Positions 13,255 through 25,885 of a stretch of DNA of 64,000 nt are shown piece after piece. Source of the DNA: Octopus sinensis (taxonomy: Eukaryota); the NCBI RefSeq assembly GCF_006345805.1, contig NC_043010.1, forward strand, positions 19,096,001 through 19,160,000. Reading direction: 5' to 3'. Positions within the stretch are counted from its first letter, which is position 1; the number at the start of each line of letters is the position of its first letter. The translations under genes and the position numbers were made by a program. A model generated the notes under the pieces. It saw only the letters and a program-made list of their open reading frames with translations, was not told where the DNA came from and made no database searches.

Positions 13255-13520
13255 TCATGTATATAGTTGCATATCTAGACATGCTCATATATACTTAATG
13301 ATAAACTTCTGGAAAGTTTTACAGATTTTTACAGTTCCACTGACAGCTTGGATCTGTAGTCTTTGAATAAACTTTCTCGTTTCTGGTTTTGAGAAGCCTA
13401 ATTTCTCGAGATTGGTATTTAGGCAGTATGTTATGCATCTCAGTACCCCAATAATTACAAGTATAAACCTGAACTTGTAATATGGAAAGAATAACTGCAG
13501 ATTCCTCAATGGTTCTGCAT
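13255..13520 (-). mobile_element. 3' fragment of a third RLE-type (R4-clade-like) retrotransposon
   Basis: YAEPLRNLQLFFPYYKFRFILVIIGVL...NLEKLGFSK...LQIQAVSGTVKICKTFQKF has the same PIIVG.LG...LQ....GT.KI architecture. Confidence 0.7.
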
Positions 13521-14249
13521 ATGTAAGTATGTATGTGTGTGTGTGTGTGTGCATCTTTCTGTATGTATGTTATATACAAGTGAATCTAAATGCCTCATGG
13601 TATTTGCTTCCATTGTGTCGCCCTGGTCACTCCCTTCACCCTGTTGTACTCATAAACGCAGTGACTCCGGAACCAATAAATTTATTGTTAATCAAATTCC
13701 GTTTAAAACAGATAAATAACGTCTCTGAAAGCTTGACAAGTTGTAACTTTGAACAAATATCAGTCGAAATGTTTCAGGAAATTTCAGTAAGTATAGATCC
13801 TTATCATCATCATCATTATCACCACCACCACCACCACCACCACCACAACCATCATCATCATTTAACATCCCTTTTTACCATGCTGGCATGGGTTGGATGG
13901 TTTGACAAGAACAGACAAACTGAAGGACTGCACCAATCTCCAATTGTCTGCTTTGGCAGGGTTTCTACAGCTGGATGCCCTTCCTAATGCCAACCACTTT
14001 AAAGAGTGGACTGGGTGTCTTTTTTTTTACATGGCACCAGTGTTAGTGAGGTGACCAAGTTCCTGCGAGATAAGACCCTCACACTGAGTAGGGTACACTC
14101 TGGAGGGATAAGAAACTACGATGGAGAGAGAGGAGTTGGTGCCTTGCTGAAGAGGTGAATATATATAGAAGTGTGTGTGTGTGTGTGTGTATACATATAT
14201 TGCACACACACACACATACACATGCATGCCAGATCCAGCCTTCAATCCC

Positions 14250-14560
14250 CAGATAGAGAAGAGATTTGGTAATAAAGCCAAACTTACAATCTTCAATTTG
14301 GTTTTTGTGTCTATTCTGACCAAAGGTCATCATCATTGGGTAATGAGTGACAGAGAAGTGGTCGAAATAGGGTCCCTCTGAAGAATCTCAGTAATGACAT
14401 TACTCAACAAGGTGTGTGGCTTAGAGATCTTGGGGTCTCTCCAGGTTGAGCCACCACTTCTCTGTATTGCGAGGTCACTCCTCTGCTGTTATGGTTGTGA
14501 GAATAAAATGCTGCTGGAAAGAATTGCAAGACTGATTTTTGAAGCTGGGTCTACGGATAG
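14250..14560 (+). mobile_element. Old RTE (Expander/REX3-like) ORF fragment
   Basis: KAKLTIFNLVFVSILTKGHHHWVMS...LQVEPPLLCIARSLL..YG...M..ERIARLIF matches the RTE post-RT region. Confidence 0.7.
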
Positions 14561-14579
14561 AGGAGGAGAGATGTGTGAA

Positions 14580-15225
14580 GAAGTGCCACTACTAAAGAGT
14601 GGAAGGTATCTGGGGTAGAGGGAGACCCAGAAAAACATGGGATGAGGTGGTGAAGCATGACCTTCGAACGTTGGGCCTCACAGAGGCAATGACAAAAGAC
14701 CGAGACCTTTGGAGATATGCTGTGACTGAGAAGACCTGGCAAGTAAAGTGAGTTCATAGCTGTAACCTACACCAGTGTTGCATAACCAGCCCACTCAAAA
14801 AGTAACTCGGATTGTAGGGCGACATGCTGTGCTTGAGGGGACCTATTGTGTCAAGTACGTCAACATCAAATGAAATCACAATCATATGGAAATTGTAGTT
14901 GTGGTCCCTGTGTCAGTGGTATGTAAAAAACACCATCTGAACGTGGCTGATGCCAACACCACCCTGATTGGCTCCTGTGCTGGTAGCACCATCCAGTCAT
15001 GGTCGATGCCAGCCCCCTCTGGCCCCTGTACTGGTAGCATATATAAAAAGCACCCACTATACCCTCGGAGTGGTTGGCGTTAGGAAGGGCATCCAGCTGT
15101 AGAAACACTGCCAGATCAGACTGGAGCCTGGTGCAGCCTCCTGGCTTCCCAGACCCCAGTTGTACCGTCCAACCCACGCCAGCATGAAAAACGGACGTTA
15201 AACGATGATGATGATGATGATGATG
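14580..15225 (+). mobile_element. RTE LINE 3' end: ORF C-terminus, 3' UTR and (GAT)n tail
   Basis: GRGRPRKTWDEVVKHDLRTLGLTEAMTKDRDLWRYAV...* runs into the abundant GGTTGGCGTTAGGAAGGGCATCCAGCTGTAGAAA...GACGTTAAAC(GAT)n repeat. Confidence 0.9.
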
Positions 15226-15841
15226 GTCAACTGGCAAGAAACTCAGATGTGTAGAACCAGAACCAGATGGCTGGTTGGCTGGATAGTCTCAGTTGGTCAT
15301 GTTTTGGGAGTCCAGTCGGAGAGTTTAATGAAGATTGCTTCTGAAAGAACTCTACGGTAGTAGTGGTTGGGGGATGAAGATTGATGGATGTGTGTGTATC
15401 TATGTGTCTGTGTTTATCCCCACCCCCTCTGCTTAACAACTGGTGTTGGTCTGTTTACATCTCTAGCCTTAGCAGTTTGGCACGAAAGAATAAGTACAAG
15501 GCTTAAAAATGAAAACAAGCCCTGGGGTTGGTTTGTTTGACTAAAAATTCTTCAAGGCAGTGCCCCAGCATGGCCACAGTCTAGTGATTAAAATAGGTAC
15601 AAAATAAAAGATATTTGTGACAACATTGCTGCCACTGGAAAAGACATGACCAGCCACACATGACAATCACTGACCAAGCGATCTGCTGTGTCCTCTCTCT
15701 GTCTCTGCTTACACTCCTACAACAACAGCCTCTGCTCCTTTGAACAAGACATCTACTTACCTTCCCCATCTAGAACCTTCTCTCTTCCTATCAACATTCT
15801 CACTGTCTTCATCTCCCTAAAACCCCACAAAAGTCTTAGAT

Positions 15842-16469
15842 CAGTGGTTCTCAACCAGGGTGGCATGGGGGTGCAGTCCATTTAAGATTTAGTTTTTAAA
15901 ATTTATGGCTAATAAATTGCTTATTCCTCTACAATACACAAAATGCTTTATTCTTTAACTTGTTTCAATCATTTGACTGTGGCCATGCTGGAACACCGCC
16001 TTTAGTTGAACAAATTGACCCCCAGAGTTTATTCTTTGTAAGCCTAGTACTTATTCTATCAGTCTCTTTTGTCAAACTGACAAGTTATGGGTACCTAAAC
16101 ACACCAACATCAGTTGTCAAGTGATAGTGGGGGTGACAAACACAGACACACAAATACACACACACACACACACACATACATGACGGGCTTCTTTCAGTTT
16201 CCATCAACCAAGTCCACTCACAAGGCTTTGGCCGGTCCGAGGCTATAATAGAAGACACTTGCCCAAGGTGCCACGCAGTGGGACTGAACCCGGAACCATG
16301 TGATTGGTACGTAAGCTACTTCCCACACACAGCCACTCAACAATTTCTAAAAATAAAATCCCTAATATTTAATTATAGAAAAATAGGATTTTAAAAACTA
16401 TTGACTGGTCTGGAGGGTCTATCCAAGTAAAATAGGAACCAGAAGGCAAAAAATGGTCGAGAAACACTG
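15842..16469. mobile_element. hAT (Charlie-like) MITE with nested SINE
   Basis: CAGTGGTTCTCAACC ... GGTCGAGAAACACTG with a perfect 8-bp TSD TCTTAGAT. A CORE-type SINE is inserted at about 15945-16337. Confidence 0.9.
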
Positions 16470-16735
16470 TCTTAGATCAACGCTTCTCCTCTGGAATCTG
16501 AGTGGAATTTTCTTCTTGTATTTTTCTTGTAGATTCTGATCTTCAGGTGTTCAAAGTAACAATGAGTGAATGACAACTGTTGCAAGGGCCGACCGGCATG
16601 AGGTTACTGGCAACAGTTTTATGTTAAATGCTCTACGAATGCGGTTGTTTGATTTTCCTCCACGTTCTCAAAATAAACCACTGAACAAACATGTGTACCT
16701 TTATATATATATATAATATATATATATATACATAC

Positions 16736-16802
<67 letters not shown>

Positions 16803-16932
16803 ATAATATATATATATATATACATACATATACATACACACACACATACATATGTATCTACATTGTTAGCTGTATTTCTTCTTCTTACACCTGACTTCTA
16901 GATGTAGGTGGGAAAAAGTATATATATATATA

Positions 16933-16964
<32 letters not shown>

Positions 16965-17117
16965 GTGTGTGTATGTATGTACCTATGTATGTACGTATGT
17001 GAAATATATATATATGTATGTGTGCGTATGTATACATATATATACATACATATATACAGACACATATAGACCTACATATATTCTGAAAAAAATAAGGAAG
17101 AAAGCGTAATAGGGAGT

Positions 17118-17213
<96 letters not shown>

Positions 17214-17597
17214 ACTCACACACACGTTTGTGTGTGTGTGTGTCAGTAGAACAGGTTTAACAAGAGAAAGAGATTTGTCAATGTGAATTGCACAGAATCC
17301 CCACCTCTCCCAGCAACAACTCACCCCCCCCCCAACACCTCACCATCTTTTATTCTCTGCTATGTCTATTTGTGTATTCATGGTGGTGGTGGTGGGTGAG
17401 GAAGGCGGTTGTGAGGTTGATATTTGTTATTGCTTAGCACTATATCAGTCATTATCCAACAAATCAATGACATTCCAATATGGCCCACCAGTCCTAAGTT
17501 ACAGAGTTACATTATACAATATCTCCTTTCTGCTTCAAGACAGTAAAATACAACATGAGTTGCTGTTATTTCTTGGTGGTTAACTGACTCTATGAAG

Positions 17598-18100
17598 CAG
17601 TGGTCAGAACCCTTTTTTTGCCTATGGACTCCCTGTAATTTCTGTTTTACTTCAATGGACCCTCATAACCATTCAATGTTTAAAAAATCCCTTTATATTT
17701 TAAAATTAAATATTATCTGTTTCTTTATTACCCACAAGGGGCTAAACATAGAGGGGACAAACAGATTAAGTCAATTACATCGATCCCAGTGCATAACTGG
17801 TACGTAATTTATCAAACCCAAAAGGATGAAAGGCAAAGTCGACCTTGGCGGAATTTGAACTCAGAACGTAACGGCAGACGAAATACTGCTAAGCATTTCG
17901 TCCGATGTGCTAACGGTTCTGCCAGCTCGCCGCCTTATTTTTATATTTTAAAATTAAATATTTTCAAGGATTGTATAAAAAGATTGTTAAAAATCCTTTG
18001 TGTATCACAGAAGTATAACCAGTTTATTGCACATATATTTTAGCAACAAAATCTTATGTTGACCCTCAAGGGTCATATGGGCCCTGGTTCAGAAGCACTG
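17598..18100. mobile_element. hAT-like MITE with nested Meta-type SINE
   Basis: CAGTGGTC...GAACC / GGTTCAGAAGCACTG ends. The nested SINE at 17715-17939 is flanked by the 23-bp duplication TTTATATTTTAAAATTAAATATT. Confidence 0.75.
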
Positions 18101-18854
18101 ATATTGAAGATCCCTTATTGGCTAACTAGGAGCTAGTGTTGGAGAGTTGCCCTTGGCTCATATATAGTCAATCATGTTTCTTGGGTTGACTCACAGCTCT
18201 AGACCAGGGAAGAGCCGCCTTTTGAAAGATGTCGGCTGCACGAGACGTGACTCATCATCAGATGGATCACATTAGTCAAAAAATATTCAGGTAATTCTTT
18301 TTGTCAGGTGTGTCATTGAGGAAATCCTCCAGGCAGCATGTGGCCCACCGGCTGAAATTTGCTCGTGATTGTTTTTGGTCACTAACATAGCTGGATGGGG
18401 ATGGGGTGTAGAGACGGTCCACCCCACGCAGTACTTTTAAAGGAGCACCACTTTTGGGCCTGCTGTAGACAATATGTGTTTTTGTAGGGTCCGTGGGTAG
18501 CAAACAGAAGGACTGTCTGGGTGGCACAAACTCTAGCTATGCAAGTGTTCTACATGTACAAATAGATGGACAGACCGTGTTTTAAAGGTCATGGGTTACA
18601 GTTCAGTAAAAAGCACAAATGCTTTCACCAGGGTTCCCCCAAAATATTTTAACATCAAACCAGATTCGTGAGAGGATCTTGCAGCTGAGAGACTTATTGA
18701 ACTGAATCTTGTAAGGAAAGGAGTCAAGGCACCTGAACAATCCAGGAGAAGGCTGAGAATGGTCTGAGCACATTGGGACAAAAAAGGACACATCTTATAG
18801 TGATGCTATAGTCACATTCCATATAAATGGAGAAACAAGAAAAAGACTTTTTAA

Positions 18855-19074
18855 CCCTTTCGTTACTGTATAAATTTTGAGATGCCCTGTGTTTCTTTTA
18901 ATTACCTTAAATATAACAAAGAATTTAGTAAAATAACTTAGTTATCATCTAGCTACTGTTAGGAATATAAATTGTGACTAAGGTTTGGAGGAAGATTTTA
19001 ATTGAGAACTTATGAAAACAAGATATTTGTACTCACATCCAGAGCCGGTTTCAGCTGGGTTGGTAACAAAAAGG
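18855..19074. mobile_element. piggyBac-type MITE
   Basis: TTAA on both sides. TIR CCCTTTCGTTAC / GTAACAAAAAGG. Confidence 0.85.
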
Positions 19075-19409
19075 TTAAGATTATCTCATAACTTAGTGGT
19101 TTAGCAAAAGAGATTGATAGAATAAGTACTAGGCTTACAAAGAATAAATCCTGGAGTCAATTTGTTTGACTAAAGGCAGTGCTCCAGCTTGGCTGCAGTT
19201 AAATGACTGAAACAAATAAAAGAATGAAAGAAAGAATATTTTCTATAGAAATGAAAGCCAGCAAATAAGCCTTTAAAATACTTGGTAGTCTCTAGATACT
19301 GGTTCTAATTTCTATAGAAAATATGTTGAGATAACTTTAAAATGTGACTGAATTGCACTGCTAACACAGGTAGGACATAATATTGATTTATTCCAAGCCT
19401 TTAATATAC

Positions 19410-19717
19410 TTCATAGAATATTATGATTGCAAAATGAAATATGGGGTCCCTACAAGGGATTAAGAAAAATGCCGAGAATGAAGAGTTAGGGTTTATTAAA
19501 TCTGAGGTGGGGAATATATATTGAAGAGAAGGAATACGGAATGTAAACAGACTGGGGTCAGACGTTAGTAAGGATTGAGGGAGAGGTGTGTTAAAACTAG
19601 GGTTTGTGTATATTGAATAGAGGGAATAGACTGGGTAAACAGACTGGGTCAGAGGATCAAACTCAATGAGGGCCACTGTTCTCTTCCAATCAACACCAAT
19701 GATTTTCTGACACCCTT
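19410..19717 (-). CDS. Candidate exon, uDENN-like (GCQKIIGVDWKRTVALIEFDPLTQSVYP...LQYIFPTSDLINPNSSFSAFFLIPCRDPIFHFAIIIFYE)
   Basis: TTGTAG acceptor, weak GAA|GTATAT donor, 308 nt stop-free. Phase 1 in (fits the 26609 donor) and phase 0 out (fits the 11621 exon). Ends in hydrophobic-FYE as uDENN domains do (judged by eye). Confidence 0.5.
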
Positions 19718-20190
19718 CTACAATATGCAGTTGATTAATGCCATCACATCATCATCACAAATATATCTTCTAGAACATCGGACATTATCACTGCCACCAC
19801 CACTACAACCATTTTGACTGTATAACTACCACTACCACCACCAACAACAACAATAACACTAACATCCGTGCCACAATGTCCACGACAAAGTACCACCACC
19901 ACCACCACCACTGTTACCACTGCCACTGCTGACGCTGCCACCACCACCGTCGCCACCACCACAACAACAATAACAAAACAATAAGCACAGCAACCACCAT
20001 GACACCACACACCTATCAAGTGACCCCTCTTCAAATAGTCAATAATGTGGGGAAAACATCAAAGATTAGTTAATTAGTTCCAGCACTCCCTATCCCTGCC
20101 ACACAACCCCTCCGCCTAATTAATATTGACCTCCTTTGGATCACTTCCACAAAACTGCTTTGTACTTTGTACTTATTGGCATATTTCTCA

Positions 20191-20251
<61 letters not shown>

Positions 20252-20399
20252 ATTCTTTTCTTATGTTTCAGCCAGTATATATATGTGTGTGTGAGGTGGA
20301 GGTGTATGGTAACACTCCAGAATCAGAAGAAACAGCTGAAGACACACACATACGGGATGCGATGGGGAAATTGTCACCATTTTATATTTTTAATTTGAT

Positions 20400-21040
20400 G
20401 CATGCGCATTGTTTATTTTTGATTTTGTCAACTACACAGTATAGTAGGGTCAGCTGGGCACTGTCTGTGAAAAAACCAGCACCATGACACAGTTCATTCT
20501 GCCAGAAATTTGGAAATGACATGCTGTTCTGCTTGGCGTTTGCACCGGAAGCTCCAATATGAACATTTCTGGGGACATGTACTGAGAGTGATAAAAATCC
20601 AGCATCCAGTCAACATGATGGTGTTTGGAGTGATCACTAGTGATAGCAATGTTATGCCTCCATTCATCTTCCCACACAGCCTCACACTCAACATTAATTG
20701 CCAGGAGGAGGTAGTGCTGCCCTGGGTCAAGAGGGTGGCTGCTGGAAGATTGTATGTCTGACAATAGGACTCTGCACCATGTCACACAAGCAGGAGAACA
20801 CAGTCATGACCTTCAGACAATTTCTACAACCACAACACCCCTAAAATCTGACCACTTAACTCCCCAGACTGCAACCCCATGATTATTATGTGTAGAATGC
20901 AGTTGGGCGAGAGACCAACAAAACTCCTTGTAACACCAAAGATGAACTGAAGGCAAGGATTCACCAACTGAAACAAGGAGACCATCCAGAAGAGTTGCAG
21001 GAGATTCCGAAGTCGTCTGGAGGCTGTGGTTGAAGCCAAT
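20400..21040 (+). mobile_element. Internally deleted maT/D,D37D element (second family)
   Basis: HPVNMMVFGVITSDSNVMPPFIF, QQDSAPCHTS and NSPDCNP motifs, with stops. Confidence 0.85.
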
Positions 21041-21878
21041 GTATGTATGTATGTATGTATGTAAGTATGTATGTATGTGTGTGTGTGTATGTAGATATGT
21101 ATGCATGTACATATGTATGTACATATGCATATATGTATGTACATAGGTATGTACATACCACCATCATCATTTTATGTCCACTTTCCATGCTGGCATGGGT
21201 TGGAGGATTTGACTGAGGAGGACTAGCAAACCAGATGGCTGCACCACACTCCAATCTGATCTGGCAAGGTTTCTACAGCTGGATGCCCTTCCTAACGCCA
21301 ACCACTCCGAGAGTGTAGTGGGTGCTTTTTATGTGCCACTGGCACGAGGTCCAGTCAGGTGGCACAGGTAGCATCGACCACACTCCAATGGTTCTTTTTA
21401 TGTACCACCGGCACGAGAGACAATCAGGTGGCACTGTATGTACATATGTATGCATGTATGTATTTAAGCATGTACATGCGTATACATGTATGAACATATG
21501 TATGTTCATATGTATGTAAGTCTGTACTTACATATGCATGTGTGTATGTACATATGTATATATGAATGTACATAGCTGTTTGTATGAATGTATGTGTATA
21601 TGTACATACATGTGTATGTATGCATGTGTGTGTTTAAGTAAAGTGTACGTTGTACTATTAGCTCTAACAAAGGAGAACTTCATTGAATTGTAGAGAACCC
21701 TGTATTGTGATTGCTGACAAGCTTTGTTCTTCATCGTAACCAGTGACTTAATCCTGGATTATGAAAGTTTAAAACTTGCGGTGGCTGTTGTGAGTCTTGA
21801 TACCATTAGTGTTGTTGTTGTTGTTGCTGCTTGTGTAGTTGAGGTACAAACTTGATCTGGGAGACTTATAGTGGAAGT

Positions 21879-22048
21879 CAGGGCTGGTCCTAGGGTTGCT
21901 GGCGCCCCAGGCAAATTGAACTTTGGCATGTACAAACTGACAGTTGTGGAAATTTCCTTGTCTTTGTCACGCCCTCCTTGGCACCCCCTAGCACATGATG
22001 TTCTGGGTGACTGTCCGAGTTGTTGGTACCTTGATGTTGCTGGTGCCT
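21879..22048. mobile_element. hAT-like MITE (CAGGGC terminus); second partial copy at about 26310-26440
   Basis: Both loci share GGCAA.TGAACT..GGC.TGTACAA.CTGAC...GAAATTTCCTTGTCTTTG. Termini are CAGGGCTGG (21879) and CTGGCCCTG (26440). Confidence 0.65.
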
Positions 22049-24180
22049 GGTGGAAGATATTCCAGCCATGGTCATTCAGTTCCCTTGTGAGTATTTAGTA
22101 CTACATTATCTACTGGGGTTTGTTTCCCTTTTTATTTAAGATGGCAAGGTGCTGTATGAGGTAATTTAGTTGCTATTTCCAGCAGGTTCAAGCCCTTCCA
22201 AACAAACCTTTCACATATAATGTCTGTGCCAGCGCAGAGGTATGTGTACTGTGGGCGATGGTGGTGGTCAGGTTAGGATTGGGTTGTTTCTATTATTATT
22301 GTATTGTAAAGCTGTAGAATTTTCTTTTTGTGCATTTGTGTGTGGGAGTGTGTATAACAGGTTGGCTGGGTGTATAAAGTTGTCTTGACAAAAATAAAGC
22401 ATCAGCCATTTGGGGGTGGCAGGTGGTGGGTAGTATTTTTTACCTTTTACTTGTTTCAGTTGTTTGGCTGCGGTCATGCTGGAGCACCACCTAGAAGTAT
22501 TTTCATTTGAATGAATCGACCCCAATTCTTATTTTGCTTTTTTTTTTTAAGACTGGTATGTATTCTATCAGTCCTATTTTGCCAAACTGCTAAGTTGCAG
22601 GGACATAAACATACCAACACTGGTTGTCTGGCACAAGGCCAGCAAATTTGGGGGAGGGTGTAAGTCGATTACCATCAACCCCAAGAGGATGAAAGGCAAA
22701 GTCGACCTTGGTGGAATTTGAACACAGAATGTAAAGAACTGGAAGCCTTTTACCTGATTCTCTAATGAGTCTTCCTGTCTGTTGTTGCCTTAAATGACTG
22801 CAATAATATTGGTTTCTAATTTTAGCACAAGGCCAGCAATTTCGGAGGAGGGTGTAAGTTGATTACATTGATTCCAGTATGCAACTGGTACTTAATTTAT
22901 TGACCCCCAAAAGGATGAAAGGCACTAATCTCTCCAAATCTGTCTGTCCACCCATTTGTCTGTCTGTGTGACCCATCAACACTAGATAAAGGAACAAAAG
23001 ACAATGAACCAACAAGCGCTAGAAATAACAGCCAAATCTCTTTCAACTCGCACTTTATGAGTAAATAACGAGAGTGCATTGGTCACAATATATTCTTGTA
23101 TGCATTATGCTTTAGTAAAAGACGGGATGGTCATGGCTGGAACATCGTTGCTAATCAGTTTGATCAATTAGAGCTTACCTAAACACTGAAACCACCACCA
23201 CCACCACCATAACCACCAGCGCAACTATCACCACCATCATCCCACCACCACCACCACCATTATCCCACCACCACCAACAACAAGAAGACCTCCTGCAAGG
23301 ACTGTTCTACTTAGCTTTAAAAGGTATTTTACCATTTCCCCTGCTGCTGTTGTTGTTGCTCTTAGCGATGTTGCCTTCGAATGTCTCTTTGTTTTCCGCT
23401 GATCTATTTGCCGCTTTTGTTGTTGTTCAGTTTTGACAACCTGATAATATTTGTTGTTGTTGTTAATCTTTGTTTTCTGAGATAATATCTAATCCAAAAG
23501 GACTCAGGTGAGCAAAATACTGTACAATGTTGAATTGATGAAAACTTCTAAGCAGGAAATTCATCATCGTCGTCGTCGTCGTCATCACCATCATCACCAC
23601 CATCATCTTAATTATTTCATTTATCAACTCCACCAACACCATCATCCTCTTGGTCTTGTCCATCACCATCATCATTATCGTCAAGACCACGCTTCCTTCT
23701 CCACGCATGCACACAACTGATTGCTTCTGATTGTATTGATGACTTTCGACGTCGCAGGTTCGATATATTAAATTTATCAAATATTTTCTTCAGGTTCTTT
23801 AATATTGACGGCTTTCCGTTCGCTTTGCGATTTATAATTGAAAACATTTCAATATGCGATCGAGTGTTTGTCTATCCACACACACACACTCAAACACGTA
23901 AGCGTTTGTATGCATATAAAGATATGCATGTACGTATGCACGTTAGCACGTACATACATTCATGCATGCGGCCATGTATGTATGTATGTATGTATGTATG
24001 TATGTATGTATGCATGCGTGCGTGCGTGTGTGTGTATGTATGTAATAAAATGTGTAAAAGCTTGGCCGGGCTTAAAAGTCAGATAAGGGCATCACATGGC
24101 AACAATCATGAATCATTCTACTAAGACTTCTTGGCAATGGCTTTTGTTGTGTAACGAGGATGCAGCTGGGTATGTATGTA

Positions 24181-24570
24181 TAGGCGCAGGAGTGGCTGTG
24201 TGGTAAGTAGCTTGCTTACCAACCACAAGGTTCTGGGTTCAGTCCCACTGCGTGGCACCTTGGGCAAGTGTCTTCTACTATAGTTTCGGGCTGACCAAAG
24301 CCTTGTGAGTGGATTTGGTAGACGGAAACTGAAAGAATCCCATCGTATATATATATATGTTTCTGTATCTGTTTGTCCCCCCACCCCAACATCGCTCCAC
24401 CACCGATGCTGGTGTGTTTACGTCCCCGTATATTAGCGGTTCGGCAAAAGAGACCGATAGAATAAGTACTAGGCTTACAAAGAATAAGTCCTGGGTGTCA
24501 ATTTGCTCGACTAAAGGCGGTGCCCCAGCATGGCCGCAGTCAAATGACTGAAACAAGAGTAAAAGAGTAT
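24181..24570 (+). mobile_element. tRNA-derived CORE-type SINE, representative copy. Others at about 428-567(-), 2914-3290(+), 15945-16337(-), 19085-19235(+), 22440-22630(-), 24850-25230(-), 36790-37103(-), 38668-39068(+), 40380-40510(-), 51235-51632(-), 53970-54130(-)
   Basis: A/B-box head GTGGCTGTGTGGTAAG...GGTTCAGTCCC, CCTTGGGCAAG core motif, internal TA/TG microsatellite, tail ending GACTGAAACAAG(TAAAAGA). Confidence 0.9.
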
Positions 24571-25848
24571 GTATGTGGGTGAGTATGTATGTATGACATA
24601 TTCACGTACATTCGGGCATGGGAAGACATTACACTGCACCAACTTATCTTGAGAAAAGAAATTCTCCATATATGGATGTAAACACCTCACAAGGCCACGA
24701 ATGATGTCAACGGGTCGTGGGACTCGTGTATTTCTGCGTCATAACGTACACCGAGCTGTCGTTCGTGGCCATTAAGAGCTGTCCTGGCTCATTTGTCAGT
24801 CTGGAATAAATGAAAACTGTATACCAAACTGCACTTAATGAAATGTATTTATTTTATTTTTTGTCTTTTGACTGTGGCCATGCTGTAGCACCACCTCGAA
24901 GGGTTTGGCCAAACAGATCAACCCTTGTACATTTTTAAAATTTGGTACTTATTCAGTTGGACTTCCTTGTACCGAACCGCTAGGTTATGGTCACTTAAAC
25001 AAACCAACGCCGCTTGTAAAGCGATGGTGGTGTACAAACCCAAAAGCACACACACACACACACACCACACACACAGAGGACGGTCTCTATTCAATTTCCA
25101 TTAAGCAAATCCATTCATAAGGCTTTGGTCGACCCGGAATTATAGTTCAAGGTGAAACACAGTAGGACCGAACCTGAAACCATATGGTTGCGAAGCAAAC
25201 TTCTTACCACACAGCCACGCCAGCGCCTATGTATTATGTACAGTCTTGTTTAACGTGTCCGTGTATTTTCAGCCATGGGGGATTTCTTCTCTGGAGACAA
25301 CCTGTGCAGCTTATCGTCTTTCCATGTCCGAATGTACACAAACATGGTAAATGAGACTGTAAACAGCTGTATTTCATTCAACGCTACTTAGTGTACATTT
25401 AAATTACACACACACACATCACACAAATTGACAAAAAGCACCAAACATCACTAATTTGATTAAATAAAATCACACAGGGGGGTCTAATAAATTTGTATTC
25501 AATTTCGCTGTGAAAATTTATCCGGAACAATTTACCAATATTCCTCCGATATCATTGAAATCGGCAATACCACCACCACCACCATTACACTATGTTATAT
25601 AAAGAACTTCCTGGGGCCCTGGGCGCAAAAAAATTTTCCCACGAGAGTTCCGGACCCCAGCTATGAACTTATTTGCATACGGTCAATCAGAGCTCAACTA
25701 TCAAACTAGTGTCCACCTAGTCACGAAAATACTCTGGTTGACTTCGGCGGAAAATGTGCGTTATAACAAAATCTAACCTGTTCTAAACGGGTCAATAGGG
25801 GTGACAAATGTGAAATTTAGTGTATAAAGTGAATGGAGAGCTGCTCAC

Positions 25849-25885
25849 CGATGATGCCAGAAGTGTTGCCAATTTGCGTAAATTA
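25849..25885 (-). CDS. Candidate 37-nt micro-exon of the minus-strand gene
   Basis: CATTTTCCAG acceptor and TCG|GTGAGC donor. Open in two frames (VIYANWQHFWHH or NLRKLATLLASS). Confidence 0.3.

Noticed and set aside
13285-13554. 89-aa ORF as a host exon
   Set aside because: Better explained as an RLE-retrotransposon C-terminus.
23617-23847. Minus-strand ORF (NGKPSILKNLKKIFDKFNISNLRRRKSS...) as the terminal exon of the 27.7 kb gene
   Set aside because: Phase-compatible and protein-like, but the acceptor is a weak AAG without a pyrimidine tract and the ORF runs into GAT repeats. It cannot be supported without transcripts and remains a possible alternative end.
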